Assembly: GCA_021205565.1 (NCBI GenBank)
Contig: JAJPXG010000121.1
Coordinates: 438-56,053 of the forward strand
Reading direction: 5' to 3'
Origin: Lachnospiraceae bacterium
Lineage (GTDB): Bacteria > Bacillota > Clostridia > Lachnospirales > Lachnospiraceae
DNA length: 55,616 nt
Shown: positions 8,742 to 18,387 of the stretch, piece by piece
Layout of the letters: the number at the start of each line of letters is the position of its first letter
How positions within the stretch are numbered: the first letter of the stretch is position 1
Program-made: the position numbers and the translations under genes
Notes under the pieces: generated by a model
Databases searched by the model: none
Seen by the model: the letters and a program-made list of their open reading frames with translations, nothing else
What the model was told of the DNA's origin: nothing

Positions 8742-9362
8742 TTAGTATTGCTCCTCCAGAAGCTTCACGTATTCATAGAGAAAATCCACCGTGCCGTCGA
8801 TCCCCAGCTTGCCGCTGTCCACGCACAGATGGTAGCTGTCCGCTCTGCCCCATTTCTTGTCGGAGTAATAATTATAATAGCTCTGGCGCTGCTTATCGGT
8901 CTTGCGGCAAAGCTCCTTTGCTTCCGCGACAGTCACATTCTGGCGCAGGCTGATTCGTTTGGCCTTTGCATCTTCCTGTCCGAAGATGAAAATATTCAGG
9001 CAGTGCGGAACTTCCCTGAGCGCATAGTCTGCACACCTGCCGACAATGACACAGGCCCCCTCCTCGGCAATCTTTTTGACTGTATCGAACTGAGCAAGGA
9101 AAACCTTCTGGCTGATGGGCATATCGGTAAAGCCCTGATTATAACCAAATGAATAGCTGTCCATCACCATGGTATACAAAAAAGAACTGGTGGGACGTTC
9201 ATCGTGCATCTGAATCATTTCTTCGGCAAATCCGCTTTCCTTGGCCGCTCTGGCCAGAAGCTGCTTATCATAATAAGGCGCCCCCATTTTTTTAGCCAGC
9301 TTTTCGCCGATTTCACGTCCACCGGAGCCGTACTGTCTGCCAATTGTCACTACTGTCTTCAT
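8742..9362 (-). CDS. Cytidylate kinase-like family protein (P-loop)
   Basis: Trimmed to the ATG at 9362, which is preceded by GGAGGT. The product begins MKTVVTIGRQYGSGGREIGEKLAKKMGAPYYDKQLL..., typical of the cytidylate-kinase-like 2 family. Confidence 0.8.
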   Translation of the reverse strand: MKTVVTIGRQYGSGGREIGEKLAKKMGAPYYDKQLLARAAKESGFAEEMIQMHDERPTSSFLYTMVMDSYSFGYNQGFTDMPISQKVFLAQFDTVKKIAEEGACVIVGRCADYALREVPHCLNIFIFGQEDAKAKRISLRQNVTVAEAKELCRKTDKQRQSYYNYYSDKKWGRADSYHLCVDSGKLGIDGTVDFLYEYVKLLEEQY

Positions 9363-9509
9363 GTTAATACCTCCTGTTTCTCGTAAAATGATAAGATGAA
9401 CTGTCACTTCTTCACGACCGTCAGAAAAAGGGTGCACATCCGAGGAAAACGTGAATCGTAATCATTCATAGCTTTTTAAGTTAGTTCAATAATACCAAAA
9501 AAGGAGAAA

Positions 9510-9544
9510 TAAAACAAGCGTTTTTGTGAATTTTGACAACGCTT
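9510..9544 (-). terminator. Possible terminator after rluD
   Basis: On the minus strand AAGCGTT ... AACGCTT (a 7-bp stem at 9544-9538 / 9522-9516) is followed by GTTTTATTT. The stem overlaps the rluD stop codon. Confidence 0.4.
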
Positions 9545-10464
9545 TATGAGCTCAGCACTTCAAGAAGATGAGAAAAATACTCCGGCAACGGTGCATTCAC
9601 TTCGATATATGCTCCCGTCCGCGGATGTATAAATCCAAGTGTCATGGCATGCAGGCACTGCCCCTGGAGCTTAAATGGGGATTTGCGTCCTGCTGCGTAC
9701 AGTTCATCTCCTAACAGCGGGTGACCGATACTAGCCATATGCACACGAATCTGATGGGTGCGACCGGTTTCAAGCTGACAATCAATGTATGTGTATCTGT
9801 CAAAACGCTTCAGTACCCGATAATGTGTCACCGCTTCCCTGCCGTTTTTTTCATTGACAGCCATTTTTTTGCGGTCAGTCGGATGTCTGCCAATCGGGGC
9901 ATTTACCGTTCCTTCATCTTCTGCGATATTCCCAAAACAGATGGCATGGTAGACTCTTTTGATGGAGTGCTCCTTTAACTGCGCGGCTATGGCATTATGA
10001 GAAAAATCATTTTTGCAGACAATCAGAGAGCCTGTTGTGTCCATATCAATCCGGTGCACGATGCCGGGCCGCAGGACACCGTTGATACCGGACAGTTCAT
10101 TCCCGCAGTGGTACAATAGGGCATTTACCAGTGTGCCGCTGTAATGCCCCGCAGCCGGATGCACCACCATACCCTTTGGCTTATTGACAATAATGACATC
10201 CGAATCCTCGTAGAGGATATCCAGAGGAATGTTTTCCGCCTCAATTTCAGGCTCAATCGCTTCAGGCAGGGTAAAAGTTACATCGTCGTCAGTCGAGACA
10301 GGAAAGCTTGCCTTGAAGACTGCAGTGCCGTTGACTGTGACGCCGCCTTCTTTGATCAGTTTTTGAATAAAAGATCTGGACAGAGAATCGGTGAGAAGGC
10401 CAAGCGCCTTGTCAATCCGTTCCCCGTCCAGTTCTTCGGTAATTTGAAAATAATATGTTTTCAT
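9544..10464 (-). CDS. rluD: RluA-family 23S rRNA pseudouridine synthase (RluD-like)
   Basis: 306 aa. It has an N-terminal S4 domain (RIDKAL...SRSFIQKLIKEGGVTVNG) and the catalytic HRIDMDTTG motif. Confidence 0.9.
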   Translation of the reverse strand: MKTYYFQITEELDGERIDKALGLLTDSLSRSFIQKLIKEGGVTVNGTAVFKASFPVSTDDDVTFTLPEAIEPEIEAENIPLDILYEDSDVIIVNKPKGMVVHPAAGHYSGTLVNALLYHCGNELSGINGVLRPGIVHRIDMDTTGSLIVCKNDFSHNAIAAQLKEHSIKRVYHAICFGNIAEDEGTVNAPIGRHPTDRKKMAVNEKNGREAVTHYRVLKRFDRYTYIDCQLETGRTHQIRVHMASIGHPLLGDELYAAGRKSPFKLQGQCLHAMTLGFIHPRTGAYIEVNAPLPEYFSHLLEVLSS

Positions 10465-10976
10465 TCTGTTTTCTGCCCTGGGATAATATAGTCCAGATCT
10501 TCGTTGCTGTAATAAAAAAGTATCAGCACGACCAGCAGTGCCATGGAAACGGTAATACAGCAGTCTGCAACATTGAAAATCGGGAAATTTATCAGCTTAA
10601 AATAAATAAAATCTACCACAAACTGCTGTAAAAGTCTGTCAATAAAATTGCCAACAGCGCCGCTTAAGGTGACAACCAGCGTATAAATCAGCGGCAGGTA
10701 TCTGCTGTTTTTGGACAAATGGACAATTTCCAGGACCGCAACCGCGATGAAAACCGCTGTCAGGATATAAAACAGCAACTGCATACCCTGAAACGTGCCC
10801 CAGGCAGCGCCGGTGTTTTCCAGATAATGAAACTCCAGAACGCCGTCTATCAGCACCAAAGAGCCATCCTGTAAGGCTGTGGAAGCCCAGTTTTTGGTGA
10901 CTCTGTCGAACACCAGGAGGACAGTGAATAATATCAGAGAGTTCAAGCGCCAGTGCCTTGTCAGGAAGTTTTTCAT
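10461..10976 (-). CDS. lspA: Lipoprotein signal peptidase II
   Basis: 171 aa and polytopic, with NTGAAWG and FPIFNVADCCIT motifs. It overlaps rluD by 4 nt. Confidence 0.9.
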   Translation of the reverse strand: MKNFLTRHWRLNSLILFTVLLVFDRVTKNWASTALQDGSLVLIDGVLEFHYLENTGAAWGTFQGMQLLFYILTAVFIAVAVLEIVHLSKNSRYLPLIYTLVVTLSGAVGNFIDRLLQQFVVDFIYFKLINFPIFNVADCCITVSMALLVVLILFYYSNEDLDYIIPGQKTE

Positions 10977-12085
10977 TATGCCTTCATGTCCTCTTCACTA
11001 AATCGGATCTCCTCGATTGCCTCCAGAATCTCCTCATCTGTCACAGTCCGGTCGATAAAGGCTTTGCCGATTCTCTTAAGGAGAACGAATTTAATCGCCC
11101 CAGCCTCCATTTTCTTATCGGATTTCGTGTAGGCAAGGATTTCTTCCGGATCAATCCCTTCGACGGTAATCGGCAGATAGAATGGGACGAACATATCCCG
11201 CACCTCATAATATTCCTCAGCCGTGATCAGTTCTTTTTTATAGGAAATAAAGGCCGCGGCCACACAGCCTAATGCGACACATTCCCCGTGCAGCAGTTCA
11301 AAGCCCTTAGCTTTCTCAATTGCGTGTCCGATGGTATGACCAAAGTTTAAAAGAGCCCTGTCTCCCTGTTCATACGGATCCTTTTCCACCACCAGCTTTT
11401 TGATCGTGCAGCTCTGATAAATCATGTCTTCCAGGACAGTTTTATCCTTCCCGCAGATTTCATACATATTATCGAGAAGCCAGGTATAAAAGCCTTCATT
11501 TTTAATCAGGCCATGCTTCATCACTTCGGCGAAGCCGTTAAAAAACTGTCTGCCGGACAGCGTATCCAGCGTATCGACATTCATGTAGACCAGAACAGGC
11601 ATTTTGAAAGCACCGACCATGTTTTTATAGCCGTCAAAATCCACGCCGGTTTTGCCGCCGATCGAGGAATCGCACTGCGCCAGTAATGTTGTCGGAACCT
11701 GAATATAATCCACACCCCTCAAATAGGTAGCGGCGATATAACCGGTCACATCTCCGCCCACTCCACCGCCGAGAGCAAGCAGCATATCTTTACGGTCAAA
11801 GCCTTTCCCGATCAGAAATCTGTAGGCTTCCCTGACGGTGTCCAGCGTCTTGTGCTCTTCACCAGCCTCAAATGCATAAATTGTCACGGACCGGCAGACA
11901 CTTTCCAGCAGATCTGCCAGCTTTTGCGCATACAGCGGAGCTACATTCGTGTCCGTGACGACACAGATTTTTTTATCCGCTGCATCAAGCTTTTCAATTT
12001 CCGGTAATATTTCCTCAAATCCCTGCGTGATAACAATATCATAACAGGGTTTTCTGTCCTTTAAAATCGGTAAACGTTGTGCCAT
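10976..12085 (-). CDS. aroB: 3-dehydroquinate synthase
   Basis: 369 aa with ...LALGGGVGGDVTGYIAATYLRGVDYIQVPTTLLAQCDSSIGGKTGVDF... and metal-binding HTIGHAIE...HGECVA. Confidence 0.9.
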   Translation of the reverse strand: MAQRLPILKDRKPCYDIVITQGFEEILPEIEKLDAADKKICVVTDTNVAPLYAQKLADLLESVCRSVTIYAFEAGEEHKTLDTVREAYRFLIGKGFDRKDMLLALGGGVGGDVTGYIAATYLRGVDYIQVPTTLLAQCDSSIGGKTGVDFDGYKNMVGAFKMPVLVYMNVDTLDTLSGRQFFNGFAEVMKHGLIKNEGFYTWLLDNMYEICGKDKTVLEDMIYQSCTIKKLVVEKDPYEQGDRALLNFGHTIGHAIEKAKGFELLHGECVALGCVAAAFISYKKELITAEEYYEVRDMFVPFYLPITVEGIDPEEILAYTKSDKKMEAGAIKFVLLKRIGKAFIDRTVTDEEILEAIEEIRFSEEDMKA

Positions 12086-12100
12086 AATAAGCTCCTGACT

Positions 12101-12136
12101 CTAAGAAAGGCTTCCCCGGCCTAAACCAGGGAAGCC
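12101..12136 (-). terminator. Rho-independent terminator after sepF
   Basis: GGCTTCCC (12109-12116) pairs with GGGAAGCC (12129-12136). On the minus strand the hairpin is followed by TTTCTT. Confidence 0.55.
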
Positions 12137-12151
12137 CTGCCGCAATCTGAA

Positions 12152-12670
12152 TTAATATGTATCTTCCTGAGAATTCTGACCAAAGACCTCGAGGAAATCA
12201 CCGGAAATCTCTACAGACTCGGGCGTCACGATAAAAATACGCTGTGATATTTTCTGAAGATTACCATTCATGGCATAACAGCTGCCGGATGTAAAATCCA
12301 GAATTCTCTGTGCCGAGAGCTCGTCGATATCCTCCAGATTGAGTACTACCGTGCGGTTCTGCAGCAGGGTATCCGTAATATCACGGGTTTCATCCACTTT
12401 TGTAGGTTTAATCACACAAACTTCCATGCCGCCTCCTATATTTACGTTGCGCTTCTGTCTCATAGGTACCGGTCTGCTGGCCTTTTTCGGCGTTTTGGGC
12501 GCTGTAAAGGACGGTTCGGGATCTGGTACCGCTCTCAGATTACTGATCGGGGCTCTCTCCGGCTCATCATAGTCCTCGTCATCCATGGCATCGTCATACT
12601 CGTCGTATTCTTCGTCCTCGTCATCCTTGCCTATGGAAATGAAATCAGCCAATTGCTTCATCACACTCAT
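12152..12670 (-). CDS. sepF: Cell division protein SepF
   Basis: Trimmed to the ATG at 12670, 6 nt after AAGGAG. It has an acidic linker and then a conserved C-terminal domain: ...VCVIKPTKVDETRDITDTLLQNRTVVLNLEDIDELSAQRILDFTSGSCYAMNGNLQKISQRIFIVTP. Confidence 0.9.
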   Translation of the reverse strand: MSVMKQLADFISIGKDDEDEEYDEYDDAMDDEDYDEPERAPISNLRAVPDPEPSFTAPKTPKKASRPVPMRQKRNVNIGGGMEVCVIKPTKVDETRDITDTLLQNRTVVLNLEDIDELSAQRILDFTSGSCYAMNGNLQKISQRIFIVTPESVEISGDFLEVFGQNSQEDTY

Positions 12671-12727
12671 GGAAAACTCCTTCATTCGCATCGATCCTGA
12701 AAAGACCGATTGTTTTACACTCTTCTT

Positions 12728-12756
12728 ATTATCACTTTTTTTGCATGTAATGTCAA
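12728..12756 (-). promoter_or_regulatory. Putative sigma-A promoter for sepF
   Basis: The minus strand reads TTGACA (12756-12751), a 17-nt spacer, then GATAAT (12733-12728). Confidence 0.5.
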
Positions 12757-12795
12757 CTGTTTATTCTCAAAACATGGATACAAAAAGTTTACAAA

Positions 12796-14214
12796 TTACT
12801 CATAGATAATATCATTTTCACTCACGGCGTCAGCGTTGAGTACGATATAATCGTAAGCACTCAGACCATAGGTAGTGTTGGACTGCACGATCGCATAAAG
12901 CTCATTTTGTTCTAAGATCGTAATCTGTCTGAATTCAGCATATCCCTTGTTAATATTGTAAACGCCGGTCAGTGTTCCGGTTGTATAAATCTGGTAAACG
13001 TCAGAGCTGTCAAGCTTATATATTCTCGTCCCCTGGCTGACAGCCGTGTCATCCAGATAATATTGATTCTCCTTCAGAGAATATGGCTCCACTTCGGTTC
13101 TGGTGACTGTCAGGCCGTCATCCCCATAAGTCTCAACCAGGATATAATAGGCGTCTTCCTCCTCCACATAAGAAACATATTCCTCAGGAACAAGATAAAA
13201 GGATTTCTCAACGATGGAGGAAACCGGAATCTTTAAGCCGGTCTCGTCCTCCGAAACAATCTCTATTTCCAGAAAGCGGTCTGCCGAGAAATTAACACTG
13301 CCGCTCTGAAAAGAAAGAACCAGAAGGGTTTCTCCCAGGCTGTTGACAGTCGTAGACACATCCGCCCAGAGCAGGAGGTCATTTTTGAGGAAACGAACCT
13401 GTACCACTTCTTCGCTCAGGTAATATTCGAGCTTCTCTTCATCCACACCGGTTATAACGACGTCATATTTTTCGGAGGGTATGATTTTATATACAATATC
13501 GCCTTCCGAAACAAGCATGTTGCTGACCAACTCGGTACGGGAATAATCAGTCTGTTCCAGCAGTGCGGAGGTAACTTCCTCCACTGTCAGATCTTCAAGA
13601 CCGTCTGTCCAGTAGGCAACAAGCCCTGTATCAGCCGCATAATGATATGCGATCATACTGCTCGTGCTGTCATACAGAGAGCTGATATTCTCCAGCAAAA
13701 GAGTATTCACCAGCTTATCTGTCTGCGAGGTCAGTGTGGAGTGAAGATCGTATACCGATGAGAAGCTGTCATCACTGTATTTTTCCAGAAAAGTATCAAT
13801 CAGATAACGAAATTCTTCCTTATCGCTGTCGGACAGAGAATTTTCATCCGCATTCAGCAGATCTGTGTAATCCTTGATGGTGCCGCTGGAATCCAGTGTA
13901 TAAACAAGGTTGCCTACAGCAACGCGCTCTTTTTCTGCAGCAAAATAGTTGACATAGCCGGCGCCGTCACTGTATACAACCGTCTCTTCCCTGACAATCA
14001 CTCCGGTATAACGTGTATTCTCCACAAGGGAGCCCTCTCTGACCTGATAGCTCTGAATCTGTTCTCTGGAAAGATAGGTTGCTACACAGACCATCACATA
14101 AATAAATACCACTGCCAGAATGATCACGCCGATATTCAGTTTTGACTGTTTGGGAAAGGGAACCACATTGTTTTTGGCGGCCTTGCCTTTCGTCCTGCCG
14201 GTATTTTGCGCCAT
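12796..14214 (-). CDS. HlyD-like membrane-fusion-type protein (N-terminal TM anchor plus barrel-sandwich-like region), function unknown
   Basis: Trimmed to the ATG at 14214, after GGAGG. The product begins MAQNTGRTKGKAAKNNVVPFPKQSKLNIGVIILAVVFIYVMVCVATYL, then ...QVREGSLVENTRYTGVIVREETVVYSDGAGYVNYFAAEKERVAVGNLVYTLD, which resembles the lipoyl-like hairpin of HlyD-family adaptors. The assignment is by eye only. Confidence 0.55.
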   Translation of the reverse strand: MAQNTGRTKGKAAKNNVVPFPKQSKLNIGVIILAVVFIYVMVCVATYLSREQIQSYQVREGSLVENTRYTGVIVREETVVYSDGAGYVNYFAAEKERVAVGNLVYTLDSSGTIKDYTDLLNADENSLSDSDKEEFRYLIDTFLEKYSDDSFSSVYDLHSTLTSQTDKLVNTLLLENISSLYDSTSSMIAYHYAADTGLVAYWTDGLEDLTVEEVTSALLEQTDYSRTELVSNMLVSEGDIVYKIIPSEKYDVVITGVDEEKLEYYLSEEVVQVRFLKNDLLLWADVSTTVNSLGETLLVLSFQSGSVNFSADRFLEIEIVSEDETGLKIPVSSIVEKSFYLVPEEYVSYVEEEDAYYILVETYGDDGLTVTRTEVEPYSLKENQYYLDDTAVSQGTRIYKLDSSDVYQIYTTGTLTGVYNINKGYAEFRQITILEQNELYAIVQSNTTYGLSAYDYIVLNADAVSENDIIYE

Positions 14215-14283
14215 GTATCCTCCAATAAGAATGGAGAATGTGCCGCGGCACATTCTCCACATTTTCTCTGCCTTTATCCTGTC

Positions 14284-14703
14284 CTACACGGCGACTGCAA
14301 TATCAGATTTTAATGCTTCCGGAATATCCTCACCGTCAAGTGAAACACTGATGGTGAAATCCACATGGAACTGTTCTGAGAGCTTCTTGATTTTCTGGAT
14401 GGTGGGAGTAATATCCAGTCCTTCCAGGGCTGCAATCTTTAAAAAGCCGTCAATATAAACAGCCTGCAGATCATGATCCTGCGAAATAATACCGGAAAGA
14501 AAACCAACAAATTCATCAGCGTCAGTGATCATGTAATCAGTCACATTGATCAGACGGATTTTATTATTCAATTCATACATATGCTTGGTGCTCTTGTCAA
14601 GATAGACAATGTTGCCTTCCACGGATTTGATGTGGTTGTTTGCCTTATCCAGTAATTCCTTTGTCTTGCCCTTGCCCTTGTCGCCAACAATTAACTGAAC
14701 CAT
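14284..14703 (-). CDS. Small stand-alone P-loop NTPase-like protein, function unknown
   Basis: 139 aa. It has a Walker A-like GDKGKGKT at residues 7-14 and a Walker B-like LQAVYIDGF. It lies immediately upstream of the HlyD-like gene. Confidence 0.55.
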   Translation of the reverse strand: MVQLIVGDKGKGKTKELLDKANNHIKSVEGNIVYLDKSTKHMYELNNKIRLINVTDYMITDADEFVGFLSGIISQDHDLQAVYIDGFLKIAALEGLDITPTIQKIKKLSEQFHVDFTISVSLDGEDIPEALKSDIAVAV

Positions 14704-14782
14704 ATGTAGTCCTCCTAAATGTGAAATAGTAGTATTATTATAGTAAATCTGCCGTCAAAAAGCAACCTTTTTCATAAATTCT

Positions 14783-15778
14783 TCAAAAGGTGCCGGAATT
14801 ATTAATCAATTCCAGCATAGTCTTCATTTCCCCGTAAACAGAATCTCTGTCATAACTGTCCAGTATAATGCCGATATAAGGATTGCCGTTTACATCCTTG
14901 ACATAAAGAGCCAGACACTGTCCGGCCTGATCCGTATATCCGGTTTTCCCGCCAAGTATGGTGATGTTCTCCGGGGTCTCATAAAGCTGCCTGAAATACG
15001 CATTGGTCGTATTCACACTGATGGTCTTTGCAGTGCCGTATGCATCATAATAAGTCGTCGTATAGCTGGACTGAGAAATGATCTGTGTAATCGCATCATA
15101 TTTGACCGCTTCCTGGAAAATCAGGTAAAGATCATATACAGTGGTATAATGGTCATTGTCATGAAGACCATGCGGATTGGTAAAATGCGTATTAGTCGCG
15201 CCCAGCGCATTTGCCTCCTCGTTCATCATTTCCACAAACGCTTCCACACTGCCGCCAATGTTTTCCGCTATCAGATTTGCCACGTCATTGGCTGAGTAAA
15301 TCAGAAGGATATTCAATGCCTGTTCCAATGTCATGGTATCGCCAGCAGAAAGCCCGGCAAGCTGCGCTCCGTTTTCCGTAATCGTCACCGCATCAGTAGC
15401 GGTCAGTGTCTGATCCAGGCTTCCGTATTTGACTGCCACGACAGCCGTCATCAGCTTGGTCAGACTGGCCATATAAAGCTTGGAATGCATATTGTACGCA
15501 TATATAACCTCATGATTTGTCAGGTCAAACAGCCCTGCCGCAGAAGCATATTCAATTTCAAAATCATCATAAGATACACTGGTCTCTCCCACTGCAAGAT
15601 TCGCCGCGAAGGATGTGGCACGCTCCTCAGTCGAAACCGTGATCAGTTCATAACTGTTATTGCCTCCCTGCTCCTCAAAGGCCGCCTTGAGGTCAGTGCC
15701 GCAGCTGGTCAGAAAAGTCATGGCCATACAAACACAAAGCAGAAAAGCAACAGTTTTTTTTCTACCTGTAAGCTTCAC
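14783..15778 (-). CDS. D-alanyl-D-alanine carboxypeptidase (S11 family, low-MW PBP), lipoprotein
   Basis: 331 aa. It has a lipobox (FLTSCGT) and the SxxK (ASLTKLMT), SxN (YSAND) and KTG (GGKTGYT) motifs. Confidence 0.85.
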   Translation of the reverse strand: MKLTGRKKTVAFLLCVCMAMTFLTSCGTDLKAAFEEQGGNNSYELITVSTEERATSFAANLAVGETSVSYDDFEIEYASAAGLFDLTNHEVIYAYNMHSKLYMASLTKLMTAVVAVKYGSLDQTLTATDAVTITENGAQLAGLSAGDTMTLEQALNILLIYSANDVANLIAENIGGSVEAFVEMMNEEANALGATNTHFTNPHGLHDNDHYTTVYDLYLIFQEAVKYDAITQIISQSSYTTTYYDAYGTAKTISVNTTNAYFRQLYETPENITILGGKTGYTDQAGQCLALYVKDVNGNPYIGIILDSYDRDSVYGEMKTMLELINNSGTF

Positions 15779-16157
15779 GCCAATCCAAATCTCCTCTGTC
15801 CATTGCTCTGATCATAATTTCTGCGCTTGCAAGATTGGTAGCAAGCGGAATATTGTGCATATCGCACAGCCGGATGGTATTGTCCACATTCGGCTCGTGG
15901 GATTTCGGGGAAAGCGGGTCTCTTAAAAAGATAACCAGGTCGATCTGATTCTGCTCTATCTGGGCGCAGATCTGCTGCTCTCCGCCCAGAAGTCCGGCCA
16001 GTAATTTATGAATAGAAAGATTAGTAACTTCCTCAATCAGTCTTCCTGTAGTCCCAGTAGCATATAATTCATGTTTGGAAAGCAATACGCGGTACGCGAT
16101 ACAAAAATTCTGCATCAGTTTTTTCTTGTTGTCATGTGCGATCAATGCAATGTTCAT
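15762..16157 (-). CDS. mgsA: Methylglyoxal synthase
   Basis: 131 aa: MNIALIAHDNKKKLM...LYATGTTG...GGEQQI...IDLVIFLRDPL...HEPNV. It overlaps rodA by 4 nt. Confidence 0.9.
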   Translation of the reverse strand: MNIALIAHDNKKKLMQNFCIAYRVLLSKHELYATGTTGRLIEEVTNLSIHKLLAGLLGGEQQICAQIEQNQIDLVIFLRDPLSPKSHEPNVDNTIRLCDMHNIPLATNLASAEIMIRAMDRGDLDWREAYR

Positions 16158-17281
16158 GCTGCAATACCCTCTCTCTTTTTTCTTTGCTGTAATTTGACGT
16201 TCAATACAAAGCCTATCCCCATATACAGGCTGAGCAGTGAAGTAAGTCCGTAACTGATAAAGGGAAGTGGCAGACCGGTATTGGGAAGCAATAGCGTCGC
16301 CACCCCGATATTAAAAAATGTCTGAAACCCGATCCAGGCGGCTACCCCCGCCGCCACAAGACGCCCGGCCAGATCCTTCGCCTTATATGCCACATACAGG
16401 CATTCCAGAACAATGGAAAACAATACTGCTATCACGGCCAGACTGCCCTTGAAGCCGAATTCCTCGCCGATAACGGCAAAGATAAAATCTGTGTGAGGCT
16501 CCAGAATATAACTGCCGTTTTTTAAGCTGGTCACCTCATTGTTTTTGTATCCCTTGCCGTCAAGCTGTCCGGAAGCTATCGCCTTGACACTGTAGAGCTG
16601 CTGCCATGCCGTATCCGGATATTCCTCCGGATACAGGTAGGCCAGAATTCTCTCCTGCTGATGTGATGCCAGCAAAGTAGAATCCGGCTGGATCGCCAGA
16701 AAAATGAAAATCGCTCCTACAGGAATCACAATTGCGAAAGCGGCCACCACATATTTCCAGCTGATCCCGCCCACAAAAATCACCGTACACAGGATTGTAG
16801 CAATCACAATGGCAGTGGACAGATCCGGCTGTTTTAAAATCAGATAGGCCGGAACGGCAAAGAGAGCCACGATAATCACTAAAAGCCAGGGCTTGTTGAT
16901 ATCGCTCTTATGTTTCATAATAAACTGTGCCAAAAATAAAATCAATAGTAATTTCGATATTTCCGACGGCTGAAAAGTAAAACTTCCGATCTGAATCCAG
17001 CGCTGTGCATTATTGGAGCTGTCTCCGATCTCTGTATATAACGTCACAAACAGGAGAACTGTCATGAAAGCATAAATGACCCAGTAAAGCTTCAGAATTT
17101 TAGTATAATCAATCACGGAGATCACAAGCATCAGTATGATGCCGATGACCATACCCATAATCTGCCTGCCCTGATAATTTTCATTCGCGCTTCCGATAGC
17201 ATATACGCCCATGACTGACGCAGCGATGACAAAGATCACCAGACGAAAATCATAATATCTCCAGTTGTATTTTTTGAGCAT
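16154..17281 (-). CDS. rodA: SEDS-family peptidoglycan polymerase RodA (FtsW/RodA/SpoVE family)
   Basis: 375 aa and polytopic, with ...QPSEISKLLLILFLA..., ...HTDFIFAVIGEEFGF..., ...TGLPLPFISYG... It follows minDE, as in Clostridia. Confidence 0.85.
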   Translation of the reverse strand: MLKKYNWRYYDFRLVIFVIAASVMGVYAIGSANENYQGRQIMGMVIGIILMLVISVIDYTKILKLYWVIYAFMTVLLFVTLYTEIGDSSNNAQRWIQIGSFTFQPSEISKLLLILFLAQFIMKHKSDINKPWLLVIIVALFAVPAYLILKQPDLSTAIVIATILCTVIFVGGISWKYVVAAFAIVIPVGAIFIFLAIQPDSTLLASHQQERILAYLYPEEYPDTAWQQLYSVKAIASGQLDGKGYKNNEVTSLKNGSYILEPHTDFIFAVIGEEFGFKGSLAVIAVLFSIVLECLYVAYKAKDLAGRLVAAGVAAWIGFQTFFNIGVATLLLPNTGLPLPFISYGLTSLLSLYMGIGFVLNVKLQQRKKREGIAA

Positions 17282-17311
17282 TCTTTCTCCCTTCCGTAAA
17301 AGGTTTATGTA

Positions 17312-17578
17312 CTACTTCCCATTTCCAATATCGAGAATAGGAATATTGGCGCTCAGGACAGGATTTTTGGCACCCCTGTCTGTGCTTGCCGTTTTGCTGA
17401 TCTGAATTTCCATACTGTCCGTGTCTATCTTCATATACTTTGACAGAACCCTGACAATATCATTTTTGATCATCTCCATGGTCTCGGCGGAGCAGTTGAC
17501 CCTGTCGGATATCAATAATATTTTGAGACGATCCCTGGCCACCTCCCTGGAGCTTCTGCGTCTGAAAAAATTTCTCAT
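17312..17578 (-). CDS. minE: Cell division topological specificity factor MinE
   Basis: 88 aa: ...SSREVARDRLKILLISDRVNCSAETMEMIKNDIVRVLSKYMKID... Confidence 0.9.
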   Translation of the reverse strand: MRNFFRRRSSREVARDRLKILLISDRVNCSAETMEMIKNDIVRVLSKYMKIDTDSMEIQISKTASTDRGAKNPVLSANIPILDIGNGK

Positions 17579-17589
17579 ATCGCTGCCTC

Positions 17590-18387
17590 CTAACCGGTCG
17601 TATGGAAAATACCGGAGATTCTGGTCCAGAAAGTAATCCTGCCGCCAATCTCCATATTGAGGGGAACATCCTTGCCGGAAACCCTGTAGGATATATTCTG
17701 ATAAGCCTTTCCGGCCGGCGTCATGCTTCCAACAAGCGGTTCTCCCTGATTGGTGGATATGACTACATGCTCATCATCCGGGACAATACCGATCAGCGGA
17801 ACGGATAAAATGTCTGTCACATCGGACGCACTCATCATATCTCCTCTGCGCACCATATCCGGGCGCAGTCTGTTGAGTACAAGCTCAATCTGTGAGAATT
17901 CCCGCGCCTCTAAAAGGCCGATAATCCGGTCCGCATCACGGATCGCTGATACTTCCGGCGTTGTTACCACAATGGCTCTGTCAGCGCCTGCCACTGCGTT
18001 CTGGAAGCCCTGCTCGATCCCGGCCGGGCAGTCTAAGATAATATAATCAAAGATGTCTCTTAAATGGGTTACCAGTTTTACCATTTGAGAGGGATTAACG
18101 CTCGTTTTGTCCCGTGTCTGGGCACAGGGCATTAAGTACAGGCTGGGATGGCGCTTGTCCCGGATCAGTGCCTGCTTTAAGCGGCAGCTGCCTTCGACCA
18201 CATCCACCAGATTGTAGACGATGCGGTTCTCCAGTCCCATCACAACATCCAGATTGCGAAGGCCGATGTCCGTATCAATGAGACAGACCTTGTACCCCAT
18301 GGCGGCAAGACCTGTGCCGAGATTTGCGCAGGTTGTGGTCTTTCCGACGCCGCCTTTCCCGCTGGTAATGACTAACACTTCACTCAT
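17590..18387 (-). CDS. minD: Septum site-determining ATPase MinD
   Basis: Trimmed to the ATG at 18387, after GGAGG. The product begins MSEVLVITSGKGGVGKTTTCANLGTGLA (deviant Walker A), contains DCPAGIE, and has a C-terminal amphipathic tail. Confidence 0.95.
   Translation of the reverse strand: MSEVLVITSGKGGVGKTTTCANLGTGLAAMGYKVCLIDTDIGLRNLDVVMGLENRIVYNLVDVVEGSCRLKQALIRDKRHPSLYLMPCAQTRDKTSVNPSQMVKLVTHLRDIFDYIILDCPAGIEQGFQNAVAGADRAIVVTTPEVSAIRDADRIIGLLEAREFSQIELVLNRLRPDMVRRGDMMSASDVTDILSVPLIGIVPDDEHVVISTNQGEPLVGSMTPAGKAYQNISYRVSGKDVPLNMEIGGRITFWTRISGIFHTTG

Noticed and set aside
8415-9152. 245-aa plus-strand ORF
   Set aside because: It is antisense to rplU, the operon promoter and the cytidylate-kinase-like gene. 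It has low-complexity hydrophobic content and no RBS, so it is a shadow ORF.
13967-14260. 97-aa minus-strand ORF overlapping the HlyD-like gene 5' end
   Set aside because: It is an alternative frame of a gene with a clear RBS-linked start at 14214. Its Arg/Gly/Cys-rich composition looks non-coding.
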